A DNA stretch of 64,000 nt, from contig NC_045697.1 of NCBI RefSeq assembly GCF_009834535.1, positions 6,264,001 through 6,328,000 of the forward strand. Direction: 5' to 3'. The notes beneath the pieces were generated by a model, which worked only from the letters and a program-made list of their open reading frames with translations, was not told where the DNA came from and ran no database searches. Position numbers and translations under genes: made by a program. Shown here one piece after another: positions 26,093 through 40,100 of the stretch (the stretch's first letter is position 1; each line of letters begins with the position of its first letter). The DNA is from Camelus ferus. Lineage: Eukaryota.

Positions 26093-26570
26093 CTGTATTC
26101 CTACTGCTTGTGTAACTAAAGGACCACCAGGTTAGGGGCCTAAGTGAAGGCAAACTTTATCTTAGAGTTCTGGAGGTCAAGAGTGCGAAATGGGTCTCTT
26201 GGGTAAAATCAAGGTGTTGGCAGGCTTCGTATCCCTTTTGGTGGTGCAAGTTTGTTTCCCTGCTTTATCCACCTTCTGAAAGACCCCAGGAGTCCTGGCT
26301 TGTGCTCAAAGTCTTGGACTCTCTCTCAGCATCAAAGTTGGCAGTGCATATTGAAATCCGACTCTTACCTCATCTTACTTTGCTCTTGTGAATAACTGGG
26401 CTCATGTTGCATAATCCAGGTTAATCTCCTTGATTTAAGATCAGCTGATCAGCAAACCTAATTCCCTCTTTTGTCTTAACTCCCCCTTGTCATGTAGTGT
26501 CACATGTTTACAGGCCCCAAGGATTAAGATGTTAACAAGTTTGAGGGGTGCTGTTATCTGTCTGCTTTAT
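26093..26570 (-). mobile_element. MaLR LTR (MLT1C/D-like)
   Basis: ttctggaggtcaagag...aaatgggtctc...aaaatcaaggtgttggcagg...gatcagctgatcagcaaacctaattcc are MLT1 hallmarks. Confidence 0.8.
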
Positions 26571-26900
26571 GGTAGTTTATTTGGAAGTGATCCCCAGGAA
26601 GCCCGGGGCAGTGGGGAACCTGACACCAGTCAAAGGGAGCAGCCCCTGAAGTGGTTACTACTCAGCTGGTCACTCAGTCCCACTTGGCTCCCCATAAAGT
26701 GCCATGTAGAATGCATCTCATAATTGTGCCTCCTGGGGTCAAAAGTCTGGCCATTTACCCACTCACTCTATCTGCCATGTTCTTTGCAGCCCCTCCCCTG
26801 AGCCATCAGTTCCCCTGCACTGCTGAGCTGGGACTCTGTATGAAACTAAGGGGACAAAGGGTCAGGGTGTAGCGCTGGGCAACCCAGTCCTTCCCGTGGA
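26571..26900 (-). mobile_element. ERVL LTR33-like relic (also ~36760-37140, 56560-57070, 61815-62110)
   Basis: tttatttggaagtgatccccaggaagc motif recurs at 26577, ~36817 and ~56618, each time just before module b. Confidence 0.55.
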
Positions 26901-28330
26901 ATGCCAGCCTCCTGGACTTCCCTCTTAGCAGAAGAGGGACTAGTTCAGTGCTGACTGCAGTAAGATGCTGGCTGTGCTATCTTCCTGTGGTGGAAAATTT
27001 TCCCTCCTCTGGGAAGAGATTTTTTTATACCCCTCTCATCTCATTTAGCCTTGTTGCCATCTCTGCCTCCCACAATGTCTGTGCGTATTAAATATCATAG
27101 GGTGCCCCAAACTAACAAAATTAAATTCCCTTGTATTCAAGGGATGACTTGCCTTTGTATGACTCATTCTCTTCCACAAATAAATAGATGAGACTTTGTT
27201 GAGGATGTAAAACTAAATCTCCCTCATCACAGACCTCCCTTACAAGTCATGAGTTATTCTAAGATAAATATTGTAAAAACGCTATGGCTGATTTCTTCAT
27301 TGGTATATAATGGAGATCAGCAAATTGAGATTTCCACATGCATATGTCAACTATTGCATTTCATTGCTATCTACCTCTTGCTTTGAGGAAATATTATGTA
27401 AGATCTTGGGTTTTTTGTCAATAGTTTTCATAAAGTGTTTTCACTTTTAAGAAGTGGCTACATCCCATTTGAATTTGAACACTTGATGCTTTTGTTTAAT
27501 GAATTTATTCTCTCCTGACATCCTACCTTCCTTGGCTCCCCTCGAGTCTAGTAACCTAGTCTGGTCATGCTGTCCCCCACCGCCAACTCCCCCACCTAAA
27601 ACTCCTAAGGTTGTATTGAGAAGGAAAAGGGACGTGTTGAACCCCCCCTGCTGGCAGTCCCTGGCAGGCCTAGACCACGTGCCTGGATCAACTGGACCCT
27701 GTGCTGGCTTCTAGGGAAGATGTGGCCAAGTGTGTTTGGCTCTGGCTTCCCCTTCTTGCTGTGTGTGGTGTTTGACCTCCATCATCCCAGCCTCTGCTGG
27801 CCAAAGCCTAGGTCCTTATTTGACCTATGTCTTCCTGAAACCTATTCTTCAGTGCCCTTACGAGGGACATTTCTAAGCTAGAGTATTTAGATGGTCCAAG
27901 TGGAGTTTCTTACCGCCTGTCTGCTCTGGGGGAGAGTCACTTCATCTTGCCCCCAGGGATGTCGATGACAAGGGCAGGACTTATTGTGGCCCTGGGCTGC
28001 TCAGGTGCCCTCCTTCCAGCTCCCATACCTGTGCGTCCAGGTCTTGGTCTTCCACACTCTGCCCCTTGTCTGTCAGGTGGTGAAGGATTGAGGTTCAGGG
28101 GTTGGCAATGCCCATGCTGTGTGCAGGGCCGACCCACTGGCTGATCATATCTCTGAAAAGACCATGTTATCCCTTTGTCCTGATCTTAAGTTGAGCTTCC
28201 GACACGGTTGTAACACAGCTGTGTCCTCTTAATGGAACTGTCGGTGGTGCGATACCATGTACACACGAACACTGTGCGGAGAGAAGTGAAGCAGTTCTCT
28301 CTTTACTGATTCTTAGAAAAGGATTTATAT
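26900..28330. repeat. Array modules b-e plus module p (p paralog 42620-43000)
   Basis: ctctgggaagagat...tctcatttagcc; gctgtgtgcagggc(c/t)gacccactgg...tctgaaaag...tgtgtcctcttaatggaa is shared with 42770-42907. Confidence 0.8.
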
Positions 28331-28344
28331 AGGACTTGCACAGT

Positions 28345-28616
28345 GCCTCACATATCATCTAAGTTATAACAATGTTAATAATCTTAAGCTATTTAGGTCC
28401 CTAAGCTCCTGCAGTAAGCACAGGATGTTACATGATCAAGGACAGATTGTTTGAAAGTTCGCCACGAAACTTCATTAAGTAGGCCATCTCTTATCCAGCC
28501 GGCTGCGCCTGTCTTAGGTTGTCCTCCTCTGAGGATCTTACCCGTCACTGGCTATCCAGCCATCCATACTGGATACATTAAGTAGGCCATTTCTTATCCA
28601 GCCTGGATACGTGACA
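28345..28616. mobile_element. Probable LTR fragment with internal 28-bp direct repeat
   Basis: Not seen in paralogs; ends in ...gtgaca; cattaagtaggccat(c/t)tcttatccagcc occurs at 28473 and 28576. Confidence 0.5.
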
Positions 28617-28689
28617 TTCCTCATAGCTTGTTTATCAGTTCAGCCCATGGCTTATTCTCTAGAGCCTTCAGACGGGGGCCTACAGGAAC

Positions 28690-31600
28690 CAGCCCTGACT
28701 TTTCTTGCAGGATGAGTTGAAAAGGAGGTAAAGATGAATTTCCTAATTTGTCAGTTAGGAAAAGTTCTTGCCTGACATTTTCTCATGAGACAGGAACAAA
28801 ATCCTCATGGCCTCCAGATATGTCATGTGGCAGGTGCCCACCTTCCTCAGTGGCCACACTGCTCATCTTAAGAATGGGTGTTTCCCATAAGAAATTGTTC
28901 CATCTGTAAGCCCATTTCTGTGGTTCATCTTGATGGATGCTTTCAAAGAGAAACTAGTTTTCAGGTTTTCTTGATTCTGAATAGTCCAGCAAGAATCAGG
29001 ATCGACTAGATCAGAATCTAACACTGAATATTCTTTTTCAGTTCTTACAAAAACTAATGATTTTTAATGTGCTATAGTTCTAGGCTCTGTAGCTCTAGAC
29101 TTCTATGTAGAATCAGGGTCAAAAATCTGCATTGCCATTAATAAGGATGGTATTTTATACTGACAGAAATGATGACTTCGTAAACATATGACGTAACGTC
29201 CACTGCCCCCTGCTACGCTTAATATGTTTTCTGTAACTCAGTCAGTGAGCTCTCTGAGCACAGCAGGCACCGTGGGTGAATCGACCACCTGTCCACCACG
29301 GCTGGGACTCAGGACGTCTGTGCTGCCCTCTACCTTGAGCTCTGGGGGCCCCTGAGAAGAGGGATGTTTGAGTGGTTGCAATGAAAACACTGTCTTCCAC
29401 GCTTTTGCCTTTCCTCTTCTTGATGATGCTGAGAGAGTTCCTTAAACCAAATCTTCAGCCACAATTCTACCATTTCTTTGATACATTTTTAGAGAGTATT
29501 TTATCTGAATGTTTCCATCTGTTTCATGACTTCATATTCTTTGACAAATATCCACTATTTCATCTTTGATAATGACTGTATCTCAATTTCTTGATCCTAC
29601 TTTAATCTATTCAGGGAGAAGTGTAGGTTTGGCTTCAAGTTGGTGCCCTCTAGGTGACAGCTGTTTGTCCTATGAGTGCTGGTGGTAGCTCTTCTTCTTG
29701 AGTATAGATCTTGGCAGAAAGGCTCTAGTTAAAACTAGTTCTCTTGGTATTGGCTGAGATGTCCCCGGCGTAAGTTGAATGTACAGCTGTGTGGCACCAG
29801 GATGTATTCCAAAAACATGTTCAGGTGCTGTTCATTGAAATTTCCCCAGAGAAGCAAAGATCTAAATGGTAGAAGGCCAGAGCTGGATGCCCTCTGTTCC
29901 CTGAAAGCCTTTGGCACCAATAGTCATGTGAATGTACCAGACCGTGGTGGGAAAACGCTTATCTTAGGCATCACTGTCTCTTCTGTCTGGGCAGACAAGG
30001 CCCATCTGCGAGACATGGATGAGAATTCCAGAACCATTACAGTCCCATAGTGTCAGATTGATTGGAAAGACAGACCTTTGGCCCCAAATTCTGATCCAGA
30101 TACCGTTTCTGGATGGGAGAGGCATGTTGGTCATGACTTTTGGGAATGAGCTCATTTATTTATTCCTGGCCACGCTTCCCCATGGAGAATGGCTGAGAGA
30201 CCCTAGGAGAGAGGTGGCTGCAGTAAACTATGATGCTAGGACTGTATTTCAAAAAGGGCTGTTTTTCACAAAGAACTTGTTTTAGCGTGTAGGGTAAAGG
30301 GTTTGCTTTTCTTGGCCACCCTGCTGACCAACACGCATGCAAGGCAGATACCTCACTGGACAACTGTGATTCTGAAGACACGTGCCTCTCAGTTCCTCTG
30401 GCAGTAAAGCTGGTGAGAATTCAACCAGTGGACTGAATCTACTTGGTCCTCAGGGATGAGACCACTGTGAGTCTGGAGTGCCCTGTCATGACTCCCCCTG
30501 CAGAAGGGGCCAGATCAATTCAGTCCAGACAATTTTGCTGAGGGGGAGTTACAGTTAATGACTTCAAGTGACGGATTTCTGAGCTTGTAGTGGCCTCCTG
30601 GTGTATACCTTCTTCTCATACATTCCTTCCCATGCCTTAAAGAGCAAAGGTATAAGCCTGTTTAAGTCTTCAATGGCGAGCTGCTATGATGAAGTCTTGG
30701 CATGTTATAGCTCCAATTAAGACTCCTCCTTGGCTCCTACTAAGGTGCTTCAGATTTTGTGCACTGATCTTTGCTGGCAGTTTAACATTATTTATCCAAG
30801 AATGGAGCCTGTTTAGACTCCTTCCATTCCAACTACCATAGTCCCCCCATTATCCACAGTTGGGCTCTTCATGGTTTCAGTTAACGTGGTCAACTATGGT
30901 CTGAAATAGTAAACGAAAAATTCCAGAAATAAACAATTCATAAGTTTTAAACTGCATGCCATCCTGAGTAGCATGATGAAATCTCATGCTGTCCCGCTCT
31001 GTCTCACCTAGGATGTGAACTATCCCTTTGTCCAGCGTATTCTGCCTGGTAGTCACTTAGTAGCCATCTTAGTTACCAGATCGACTATCGCAGTATCCCA
31101 GCGCTTGTGTTCAAGTAAACTTTATCTTACTTAATGGCACTAAAGCGTAAAAGTAGCGATGCTGGCAATTCATATATGCCAAAAAGAAGCCGCAAAGTGC
31201 CTTAAGTGAAAAGATAAGGGTGCTCAAGATGGAAAAGGCATTAAATTTATACAAGAAGAAATTGAGAGCGAGAGAGAACACATTTATATAACTTTTGTTA
31301 CAGTGTATCTTTATAACTGTTCTATTGTATTAGTTGTCAACCTCTTACTGTGCCTAATTTATAATTAAACTTTATCACAGGTATAGGGAAAACATAGTAC
31401 CAAGCCCTATGTATTCTATCAGCAGTTTCAACCACCCACTGAGGGTCTTGGAACACATCCCCCAAGGATAAAGGGGAACTACTGTATTCATCTGTCATCA
31501 CTTGCTTTTTGTTCCTAGATCTTACTGCTTTTGATCGGTCACCTTGAAACTATATTGCATTCAGGGTGGAAAGTTAGTTCTCCTTTGTTAAAGTGAAGAA

Positions 31601-33480
31601 AGCCTAGAATCAAAATGAACTGGAAGGTTGTAACTACCCTGACTTACTCTCTGAAGTTTCTGAGTCAGAGGGAGGAGGAGCTGTGTCTCCGTCCAAAGCT
31701 GAGATGGCTGTGAAAGGCTGAGGGTCCTTCTGCTGGGATCTTATTCCCAGTTCCTCCAGATCGTCACTAGTCCACATCTCCAGGAGGATCCCTCAGATGT
31801 TTGTGCTCTGACAACTGATGCTCAGTAGATGACGAGAAGGAGGTCTACCAGTCATTGTGGGGAAAACCCAGGTTTAGAAGACAAAGACTGGTTTCCATTT
31901 CCTTTGTGGAAGTGACAGAGGAACCTATCTGAGCAGTAATCCCCAACACCCAGTCTTCCTCATCAGGGAAATGAGTGTGGGAGTTTCTCCCTGTTAACTT
32001 CTGAGAGAACAGGACTAGACATTACTGGGTTTTTTTCCCCCAGTCACTGAGCACTTTGGACACTGGTGCCCGGGAGACTTGGTTCTGTGTAGAACAGTAA
32101 GATGCTATCAACTTGGTGAATGCTATGGGCCCACATGTGGGATCTCGGGATTTAAACCTTGTGCGTTTCCTGGTACTTGTCATCAGGTAGAGGTCACCCT
32201 CAGGTTTGGAAATTGCACATGATGTGGTTAATCTCCACTACCACCCCTTTCAAAGCGTCCTCTCACAGGATTAGGCGTTATCTATTTCTCCCTATCGTCT
32301 TGTGCGAGGGGAACCCCATTCCTACCTCTGCTACTCCTACAGTGGCGAGTGTAAACTGGTGATCGCCACATTTTCTTGGTTTTCATTTTCATGAATCAGC
32401 TTTCTCTCACCCACGATTGCCTTCAACCTGCTCTTCAATTTTGAAGGGATGTTGGCCTCACGTACCCCTCTCATGAGAAACCTCCACCAGATAGGTCACA
32501 GAGAATTCTATGTTTACATCTAGCTTGGTGGTCATAGGAACCATATGTTCCCAGAATTCTTCCTTGGTCAGAGATCACTTCTGATGATCAACCTTCTCTC
32601 AGTTGAATGGTTTTAAAGTAGATTTAATATCCTAAATACTTTAGGATGAAATGCTTCTTTTGCAGGGAGAGACGGTTTTGTGAAGAGAACAACCTTTTAC
32701 AGAAGCACAGCAACACCCCCGCTGAGGCAGAAATGACCATTGCACCCCTTACCCCTAAACCACTGTAGACTAGCTTTGACTAAGGCATCCAAAAAGCCTG
32801 TAAGAAGGGATGAAGGAGTGTGATGTGTTCTCCAGTGGATTTCTGCTTAGTCTACCTTTTTGCTAATCTGCTCTGTGCTGAGGAATCCAGAAGACTACTG
32901 TGGAAGTAGCTGGACTGAAGAAGGGGCTTCTTCCAGATAAGGAGGTAGTATTCCTCTACTTAGCAGGTTCTCCTTAGTTCCTCATGGATCAACAGTTCTA
33001 TTTCATTTAGCTTTGGTCAAGTAACTTTATTCTGGGCAGTAGAGTAGAAGCAAAAACGATGTCTGAACTTCAGGATCATGCCTTTTAAAGGAGGTGGCCT
33101 CCGCTCTGCTTTCCATTGTCCTCCTTATTGACTGAGGTCACAAGTGACCCTCATCACTCTGCCAGGAGTGGCAAATCAAAAGGAGAGGGCTGTTTCTTGA
33201 GCTTCCTTGATGGTACATTTTCTAAGAGGTGTTCAGAGGTCAAGGACCACCCAGCAAAGTGCTAGCCTCCCATTCATGGCCCTAACCCCACAACTGAGGA
33301 AAGAATGTCCTGGAGGTGGAAAGGGACTTCATAACACCCAGACTGGGGACCAGTCAGTGGGTATGTCCATTTTGATCCCTCCAGAGCACCTGTTCTCATG
33401 TGTCCCACGTTGCACCGTCTTCAGATACAAGCCACACAAGTGGAATGGAAGATGACTCGGGTGGCCTGAGAATAGCGCCA
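28690..33480. repeat. Array unit subtype A, copy 1
   Basis: Collinear with 52390-56300 and 37900-41000; anchors at 30344, 30448, 31681, 32046 and 32864. Confidence 0.85.
30836..31484 (+). mobile_element. MER44 (Tigger7-derived) DNA transposon
   Basis: TIRs c(c)atagtccccccattatccac / ggataaaggggaactactg; TA on both sides; internal aaaattccagaaataaacaattcataagttttaaa; paralogs lack it. Confidence 0.9.
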
Positions 33481-33509
33481 TCCTGGCGAGAGCTCATGGC
33501 TTGCTCACA

Positions 33510-36020
33510 CGAAGGATATTTGTCTTGTTCTCTTTCCTGTGATTCTCAAGTTTTAATCACCACATCACCTTTCAACTAAGATGGTTCAAGAAATATTTCT
33601 GTATTTTTGTTTACCAAAATGACAAGAAATATCAAGGAGAATAGCAGAAGAAATTTGTAACTTCTTTCCTACATTGGAGTAGAGTGAGGTTTAGGTTTAA
33701 ATTCCTGTGATTATTTTAACAAGTAAATGCATTTTAATACATGTTTCACTATATTGTTTAGAGGGGAAAAGAATGTAAAGTTCTTATCATTTCATTTTTG
33801 TAAATTTTTAGGTTTTTTTTTTTTTGAGCTTTAAGACCTGTTATTCTTAAATGTGTACAACTCAAGTTCTTTCTATGGAAGAAAGGGTGTAAGTCTTCTC
33901 TAACATTCTACTTTTTTCAGCTGCATGAATTCTGGTGAAACCTGTCCTGGGGAGGGCTGCCTTCCCATTAGAACCTCCCAGGACTTGAATCAGAAGGAAC
34001 CCAGCTTCATGCCTTGCAAAGTCTAACCTGAAATGAAGATTTGGATTAGATACTGCACTGACTGATCAAGGTGAAGACTTCTGGGCCATTTTGCTTTAAC
34101 TGTACCCACAGGGGTCCTTATGGGAGGTGTGATCTTCATCCTGCCATCCTCTGATGGCCACAGTTCAGGACTTTCTAGATCTCTTCTGTCTGATACTCTT
34201 GTTCCTTGTGTGTCAAATGACTTTGTGGGTCCTCCCCCTTGCAGAGGATTTCAGATGGTCCAGTGAAGTTGGTCACTTTCTTGATGTCCTGAAAGATATC
34301 TTATCTCAAATGTATCCTGGGAAATGTCCACAGGAGGTTGACTATATGGACAGTGCTTATTGGGAGCTGGGACAGCTCTGGTCTTCCCCTCCAAGTACTG
34401 TATACATGGGCTCTGATTTCTGGGTCTTAAATGTTGCTGAAGGATCATCTTCCAATAATTGTTATCATGGATATGGGTTCAGTATCTTAATGTGGAGGTA
34501 CCTTGAGGTGTTGGTCTTTGATCTGTGGATTCCATTTTCCATTTGTCTTGGTTACTCTATCTGAAAATGTGTCTTTTGGAAGTAATCAACCTAGAAAACA
34601 TTTTTTTCCTGTGAAGGATAGTTTAGCCTAATGGAATGTAAATCTACTAGCTGAGCTGATGGATGGTTTTAGGTGGTGTTGGGTGTGCCTGCTGGAAAGT
34701 ACACAGAGAAAGCGCAGGGTGAATGCAGGATAGTTGCAGCCAAATGTCAACGGGCTTCTTCTCATGATGCTGATGAGCACTTTCTACTCTGGCGGCTGGG
34801 ACTCTATCTGGAGACATGAAATGGAATTCTGAATCCATATGCCTCCCTGCTGGCCTTCACTGACTTCGTGCAATAAGCATGAGCCAGGGGATTCTGTGTT
34901 GAAGAAGCTACTGTTGGTCATGCCTTCCAGGCTTTCCTTTCTGGGTCATGGTTTATGATACTTTTCTGGAAAGCATTTCCAGGGTCTTGGAGGATCAATG
35001 TGAGATGACAAAAAAAAAAAAAAAAAAAAAAAAAAAAGAAAGAAAAAAAAAGCTCAGGCTCTGCTTCAGATGGGACCTCCTATTTCTGATGCTCAGTGAC
35101 AGGGGCTCCAGCTCTCTAGATGTCTCTGCTGACCATCAGCCTGGTGTGAAGCAGGGACCTCACTGACCACCTCTGCAGAAGCACTCCTATCAAGACTCTG
35201 ATCTTTTTTTTTTTTTCTGGTGGTAAAACTGGTGATAAAACTGATAAGGCTGCCCAGTGGCATGAGTCTACTTTGCCCTCAGGGATGAGCCCAGGGTTAT
35301 CTTTGTCCAGACTATGCCTGGAGCAGGTGATCTCTCCTTTCAGCATGAAAGTTTCCTCCAGGAGAGTTTGCATTGTTACGAGATACATGGGAGTAGATTT
35401 CTCAATATGAATGTGCCTCCTTGTTCCTGTATCAAATCTCTTCCTCAGGGAGCAGAGGTATAAGGCTGAGTCTTCAATGTGGGCTGTCATGACTGTATTC
35501 CCTGTAATTGTAGCTCCTATCAGTGCAGTCAGCTGGGTAAGCTTGACTTTTTTATCTGACCTTATTGGACCTCAATCTAGTATCAAAAGTTGAAAGCATG
35601 TTCTATGTAGAGTGATCTGTGCTATTTTGGGCTTGTCATTTTTCGTGTCATTTTTTCCTTGATTCTGCAAAGGCTGATCATTTGATTTTAAAAAATTATC
35701 TTCAATATTTTCTAAGTCTGAATATTTTATATACTTCAAGAAGTTCATGAGGCTCTTGACCTTGAGCATAATGTCTAGGGAGCAGGGCAGGTTGTCACCA
35801 AGGGAAGAGAGCAATTCTTGATTGACAGTTTCAACCTCTGGTAAGGGACAGTTGTCTGAGAACTGGTACTTGGACATGGTCTTGGAGGCCACGGTGGCCT
35901 TCACGGGAAGTATTCCTCTTACCTGCAGAGTCCCTTTCAGGTTTGTTTCTTTTCTTCCCAAGAAGCCTTTACCTGTGTGACACCAACCATACCATGTCTA
36001 GAGATCTACTGAGCTCATGA
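33510..36020. repeat. Array unit subtype B, copy 1
   Basis: Anchors gaattctggtgaaacctg 33927, cagtatcttaatgtgg 34480 and gcagggacctcactg 35151; collinear with 57070-60250 and 62500-64000. Confidence 0.85.
35010..35051 (+). repeat. Poly(A)-rich tract (A28 + GAAA repeats)
   Basis: Directly visible. Confidence 0.95.
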
Positions 36021-37139
36021 TCACATTATCTGAGAAGGGATGAGATGAGCAAGGAGATCTAGGTTTCATTACGTGCATGTTCTTTGCTGCCCAGGGGTGG
36101 GATCTGGAATAAATGACAAGAAAGTTTCATCTCTTTTGAAAGCATGGGCACGTATATATTGTCTATCCTAGAAAGGTAGAGCATGGAGGTGGGCGTGGCT
36201 GGTGTAGACTGGGTGTGTTATCTCATAATCCCTTAATGGGCTGAGTTTCAAGTTGGGGGTTAATGGGAACTTACAAAGGGTTTTGGGAGGTGATTCTGCC
36301 TTTGCATAGTGCCCCTAGCCGTGCTGCCAACATGAAAATGTTCCAGTGAATGTTGTACCCTAAAACAACTTGGAAATCTTTCCATCTTTTTTATTGTCTG
36401 GAAGCATTAGCATGAGAGTGATGTGTTTTCCTGGGTTTAAGCACTTCAGCATAAAGAAGGTAGTGAGGAGACATTGAACCGGGAGGGGTTTTGATGGGGG
36501 ATTTGAAATTATGGTTAATATTTTTCATAGTCAAGTTGTATATTCTATGCCTACTTGTGTAAAACTCGAAGTTGTCTCTCAGGCACTTATAAAAATAATT
36601 TTGAAATGTAAATTTCAAAGCCCCTGAATATTCTCTTACTTTCTAATCTACAGACCTTAAAAAGATAGGTCCCAGCTTTATATTCCTGACTTTAGTAATT
36701 TGCATTTTAATTTTTTGCTCAGTCTTCCAATGACAAAATGGAATTGAAACCTGAGTATCCTAGTACGGATCCCTGGGAAAAAGAAATCTGAGACTCAGAC
36801 TTAGGGTGGGGACCGTATTTGGAAGTGATCCCAGAGAGCACAGAGGAGGGACTGATGCACGTGGAACAGGATGGGGATGAACAGCCCGTGACAGGCACAG
36901 CCCTGAGCTGGTCACCAAGGTTGTGTGCGGCTAGTCCTGCTAGAACCCGCTGAGGGACATGTGGATAGACTGTATCTCAGAATGTCTCTCCTAAGGGACA
37001 AAAGTCTGGTCACTTGCCCACAAACTCTGTTCATCCCTCCACTGTAGGTCACACATTCCCCTGAGAGGCTGAGATATGGCTTTACATGGAAACAAGAGAC
37101 AGAGGATGAGAGTGTGACAAGGGGCAGCCAAATCATTCC

Positions 37140-40100
37140 AGTAGGACGCCAACCTCCTGGGCCTCCCTATCGGCAGAAGGAAGATGGGCTCAGTACTTAG
37201 TACATCAGGGTGCTCCCTATTCCATCGCCCTGTGATGGGCGCTTTCCCCCTCTCCTGGGAAGAGATCCTTCAGACCCTCCTAGATCTCATTCAGCCTCTC
37301 CCTGTCTCGGCCTCCCACAATGCCTGCCGAAACTAAATACCCCAAGTGTAAAAATGAGAGTATAAACACACCCTTATAGTCAAAGGATGATTTGTCTCTT
37401 TAAATTTCATGCTCTTTCTACGACAAAAAATTGATGAGAATGTGATATTTAAGGATCTAAAATTAGATCTACCTCATACGTCAGACCTCTTACTTGCCTG
37501 CTGTAGATAAATATTTTCAAAAAAATCTATTCTCTCATTGGTATGTGATGGAGGTTAGGGGGTTTAGATTTCCATACCAGTGTATTATGTCAGTTATTGC
37601 ATTTAATATCTCTCTATATTGTTTAGGGGCAAGTGTGATCTAAAATCTTACATGGAAGGAAATAAATTTTCTGAATATATAATATAGAGAAGAATGGTTT
37701 CATTACCTACTATGATTCCTTAGCACATTTTCATTAACCCAGACAGCAGGATGAGCTGTCCAAGCACAGCAGGGTCCACAGGTATTTGAACCATGTGTTT
37801 AGGGCCATGGAGCAGGGGAACCTGAACCCAAATGCCTGAAAGTCTTATACTTCCCTCTGTAGCGCACTGGGTGGGGGGCGCCCTGAGATGGAGGCTGTTT
37901 GAGTGACTGGAATGAATAAATTCTGGCCCTTTGTCTTCTACATTCCAGACTTGGCAGTTCCTTGATGCCTCTAGAAGAGTTCTTACATCTGACCTTCAGC
38001 CACGTTGATTGTATTCGTCCCGTGCGGTTTTGCACTGGTACTACGGTTTACACTGAACATTTTTATATTTTATGACTTCATATTCTCAACTTCTCTTGAC
38101 AAATATCAGCTTCTGTATCTTTGAGGAAGTTAACCTGGTCTTGATAAATTTCTTGATCTTCATTTAATTCTCTTTATTGAAAAACAGTTACAGTTTTCTT
38201 AGACAGCACCTTTGAGGTGACTTTCTTTGTCCTGTGAATTCTTGTGGTGACTCTCCTGCCTGAGCATATATATTGGCTAAGAGTCTTGACTGAGTAACCC
38301 TTTGGTTGTTGGAGGTCCACCTGGGTTGATGGTCAAACTATACAGTACCTGGACGTCCTCAGAAGAAGTGACGTCTTTGGGGAAAATTGAAGGAGCAGCC
38401 CCTGAGGAAGCAGAGTCTTAAATGCCAGAACATTGGACCTAGATGCCCCCTGCAGCTTTTCTGAGTGCCTTTGGCATTTCCAATATTAATATGAGTGTTC
38501 TAGACAGGTGGGGGACAGTGGTCATCATGGACAACATTGTACCTTCTCTGGGAAGCCAGGGCCTGTCTCTGAGACATGGAACCCCTCATGAAAGCCATCA
38601 GTTTCATGTTGTCACACTGTTGGAACTATCTGACTTTTTACCCCAAACTAATCAGTGATATGGTCTGCTTGGGAGACAGAGTTGTTGGTCATACTTTCTG
38701 AGCATTTGCTAATGTCTGACTTATCCCTGGCAGTGTTTTCATGTGATGATTGAACCAGCTGGCCCTGGGGGATGCTGTATGTAATAAGAGGAAAATAAAC
38801 AATGCTAGGACTTTCCCCACAATTTTGTTGCTGTCAGTGGACAGAGTGAAGGGTTCTGTTTGTCCTGGCAGCTCTGGCTAACCAACAAGTATCTGTGAAG
38901 CAGGGACCTCACTGGGAAGCTTGTGAGGTCTGAGGACTCATGCATCTTAATCTGGTTAGTAAAGCAGATGAGAATTTAGCTATTAGATGTAGTGAGTCTA
39001 GCTGGTCCTCAGGGATGAGTCCATTGTGAGTCTGGGATGCTCTGTGTCATGACTACCCTGAAAGAAGTAGCCAGATCAATTCAGCCTTGACCATTTTGCT
39101 AATGGGGAATTCAAGTTGCTTATCATTATTGTGGGAACAGACTTCCGAGTTTGTAATTGCATGCTATGTATAACTTTTCCTCCTTCCTTAGAGGTCTGTT
39201 TCTGTCTTCAGTGGTGGCTTGTTGTGATGGTCTTAACATGTTACAACTCCAATGAATGGAGACCATGTTGGCTCCAAGATGCTTCAGTTTTTTCTCATTG
39301 ACTTTTCTGGCAGCTCACCATTACCCAGCAGAGGATGGGAGCACCTTCAGATTACTTTCACTCTGGTTAGTTTGTCGTCTTCATTGCAGCCTCTTGTTCT
39401 TTGGTCCTGCTGCTGTCAACTGTTCACCTTGGCGTTCTATCACATTCAGGATAGAAAGTTAGTCTTGTATAGGTAGGAGAAAGTCTTAAACTGATAACTA
39501 GCTGGAAGGTTGTAACCAAACTCATCTTGTTCTCTGAAAATTGTCAGAAGGAAGGGTTCCTGTGTCTCTGTCTAAAGCTGATATGGGTATAAAAGACTCT
39601 GGGTCTGTCAGGACGATGTGGGAGCAGACAGCTCATTTCCAGTACCCTCCACCCTCCACATTATCACTAACCCACAATCCTAGGAGGGTTTCTGAGATGC
39701 TCATGTTCCTGTAACTGTAAAGTGTCTGCTAAAAGGAGATCTATAAGTTATTGTGGGCAAAACCTAGGTTTAGAGGACATTCAGCAGATTGTGTGCCACT
39801 TACAGATGGAAAATGTTAGACGGGAGTTTTCAGGGTCGCTCTTCTCAAGCAGTCTCATCTCAGCCAGGAAGGAGTTCATTGTGGGAAAATCCCTGCTAGC
39901 TTCTGAGAGAACTGAGCTGGTCTTTACTGTATCCTCTAGTCACTGAGCATCTGGAGACTGCTCGGTAGACATGGGTCTGTTCTGAGCAGTAATAAGTAAA
40001 GTCATTCTGTTTTGTTGAATCTTGTGGACCCTTAGGTAGGATCATAATTTAAGCTCTGTGCATTTGCTGGCATGTGCCACTGACTGTTGGGTACCAAATA

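Noticed and set aside
29168..29260. C/D-box snoRNA array (TGATGA...CTGA here; ctgaggtcca at 46991)
   Set aside because: No terminal stem, the boxes are not kept in paralogs, and there is no short conserved RNA core as in SNORD113-116 clusters.
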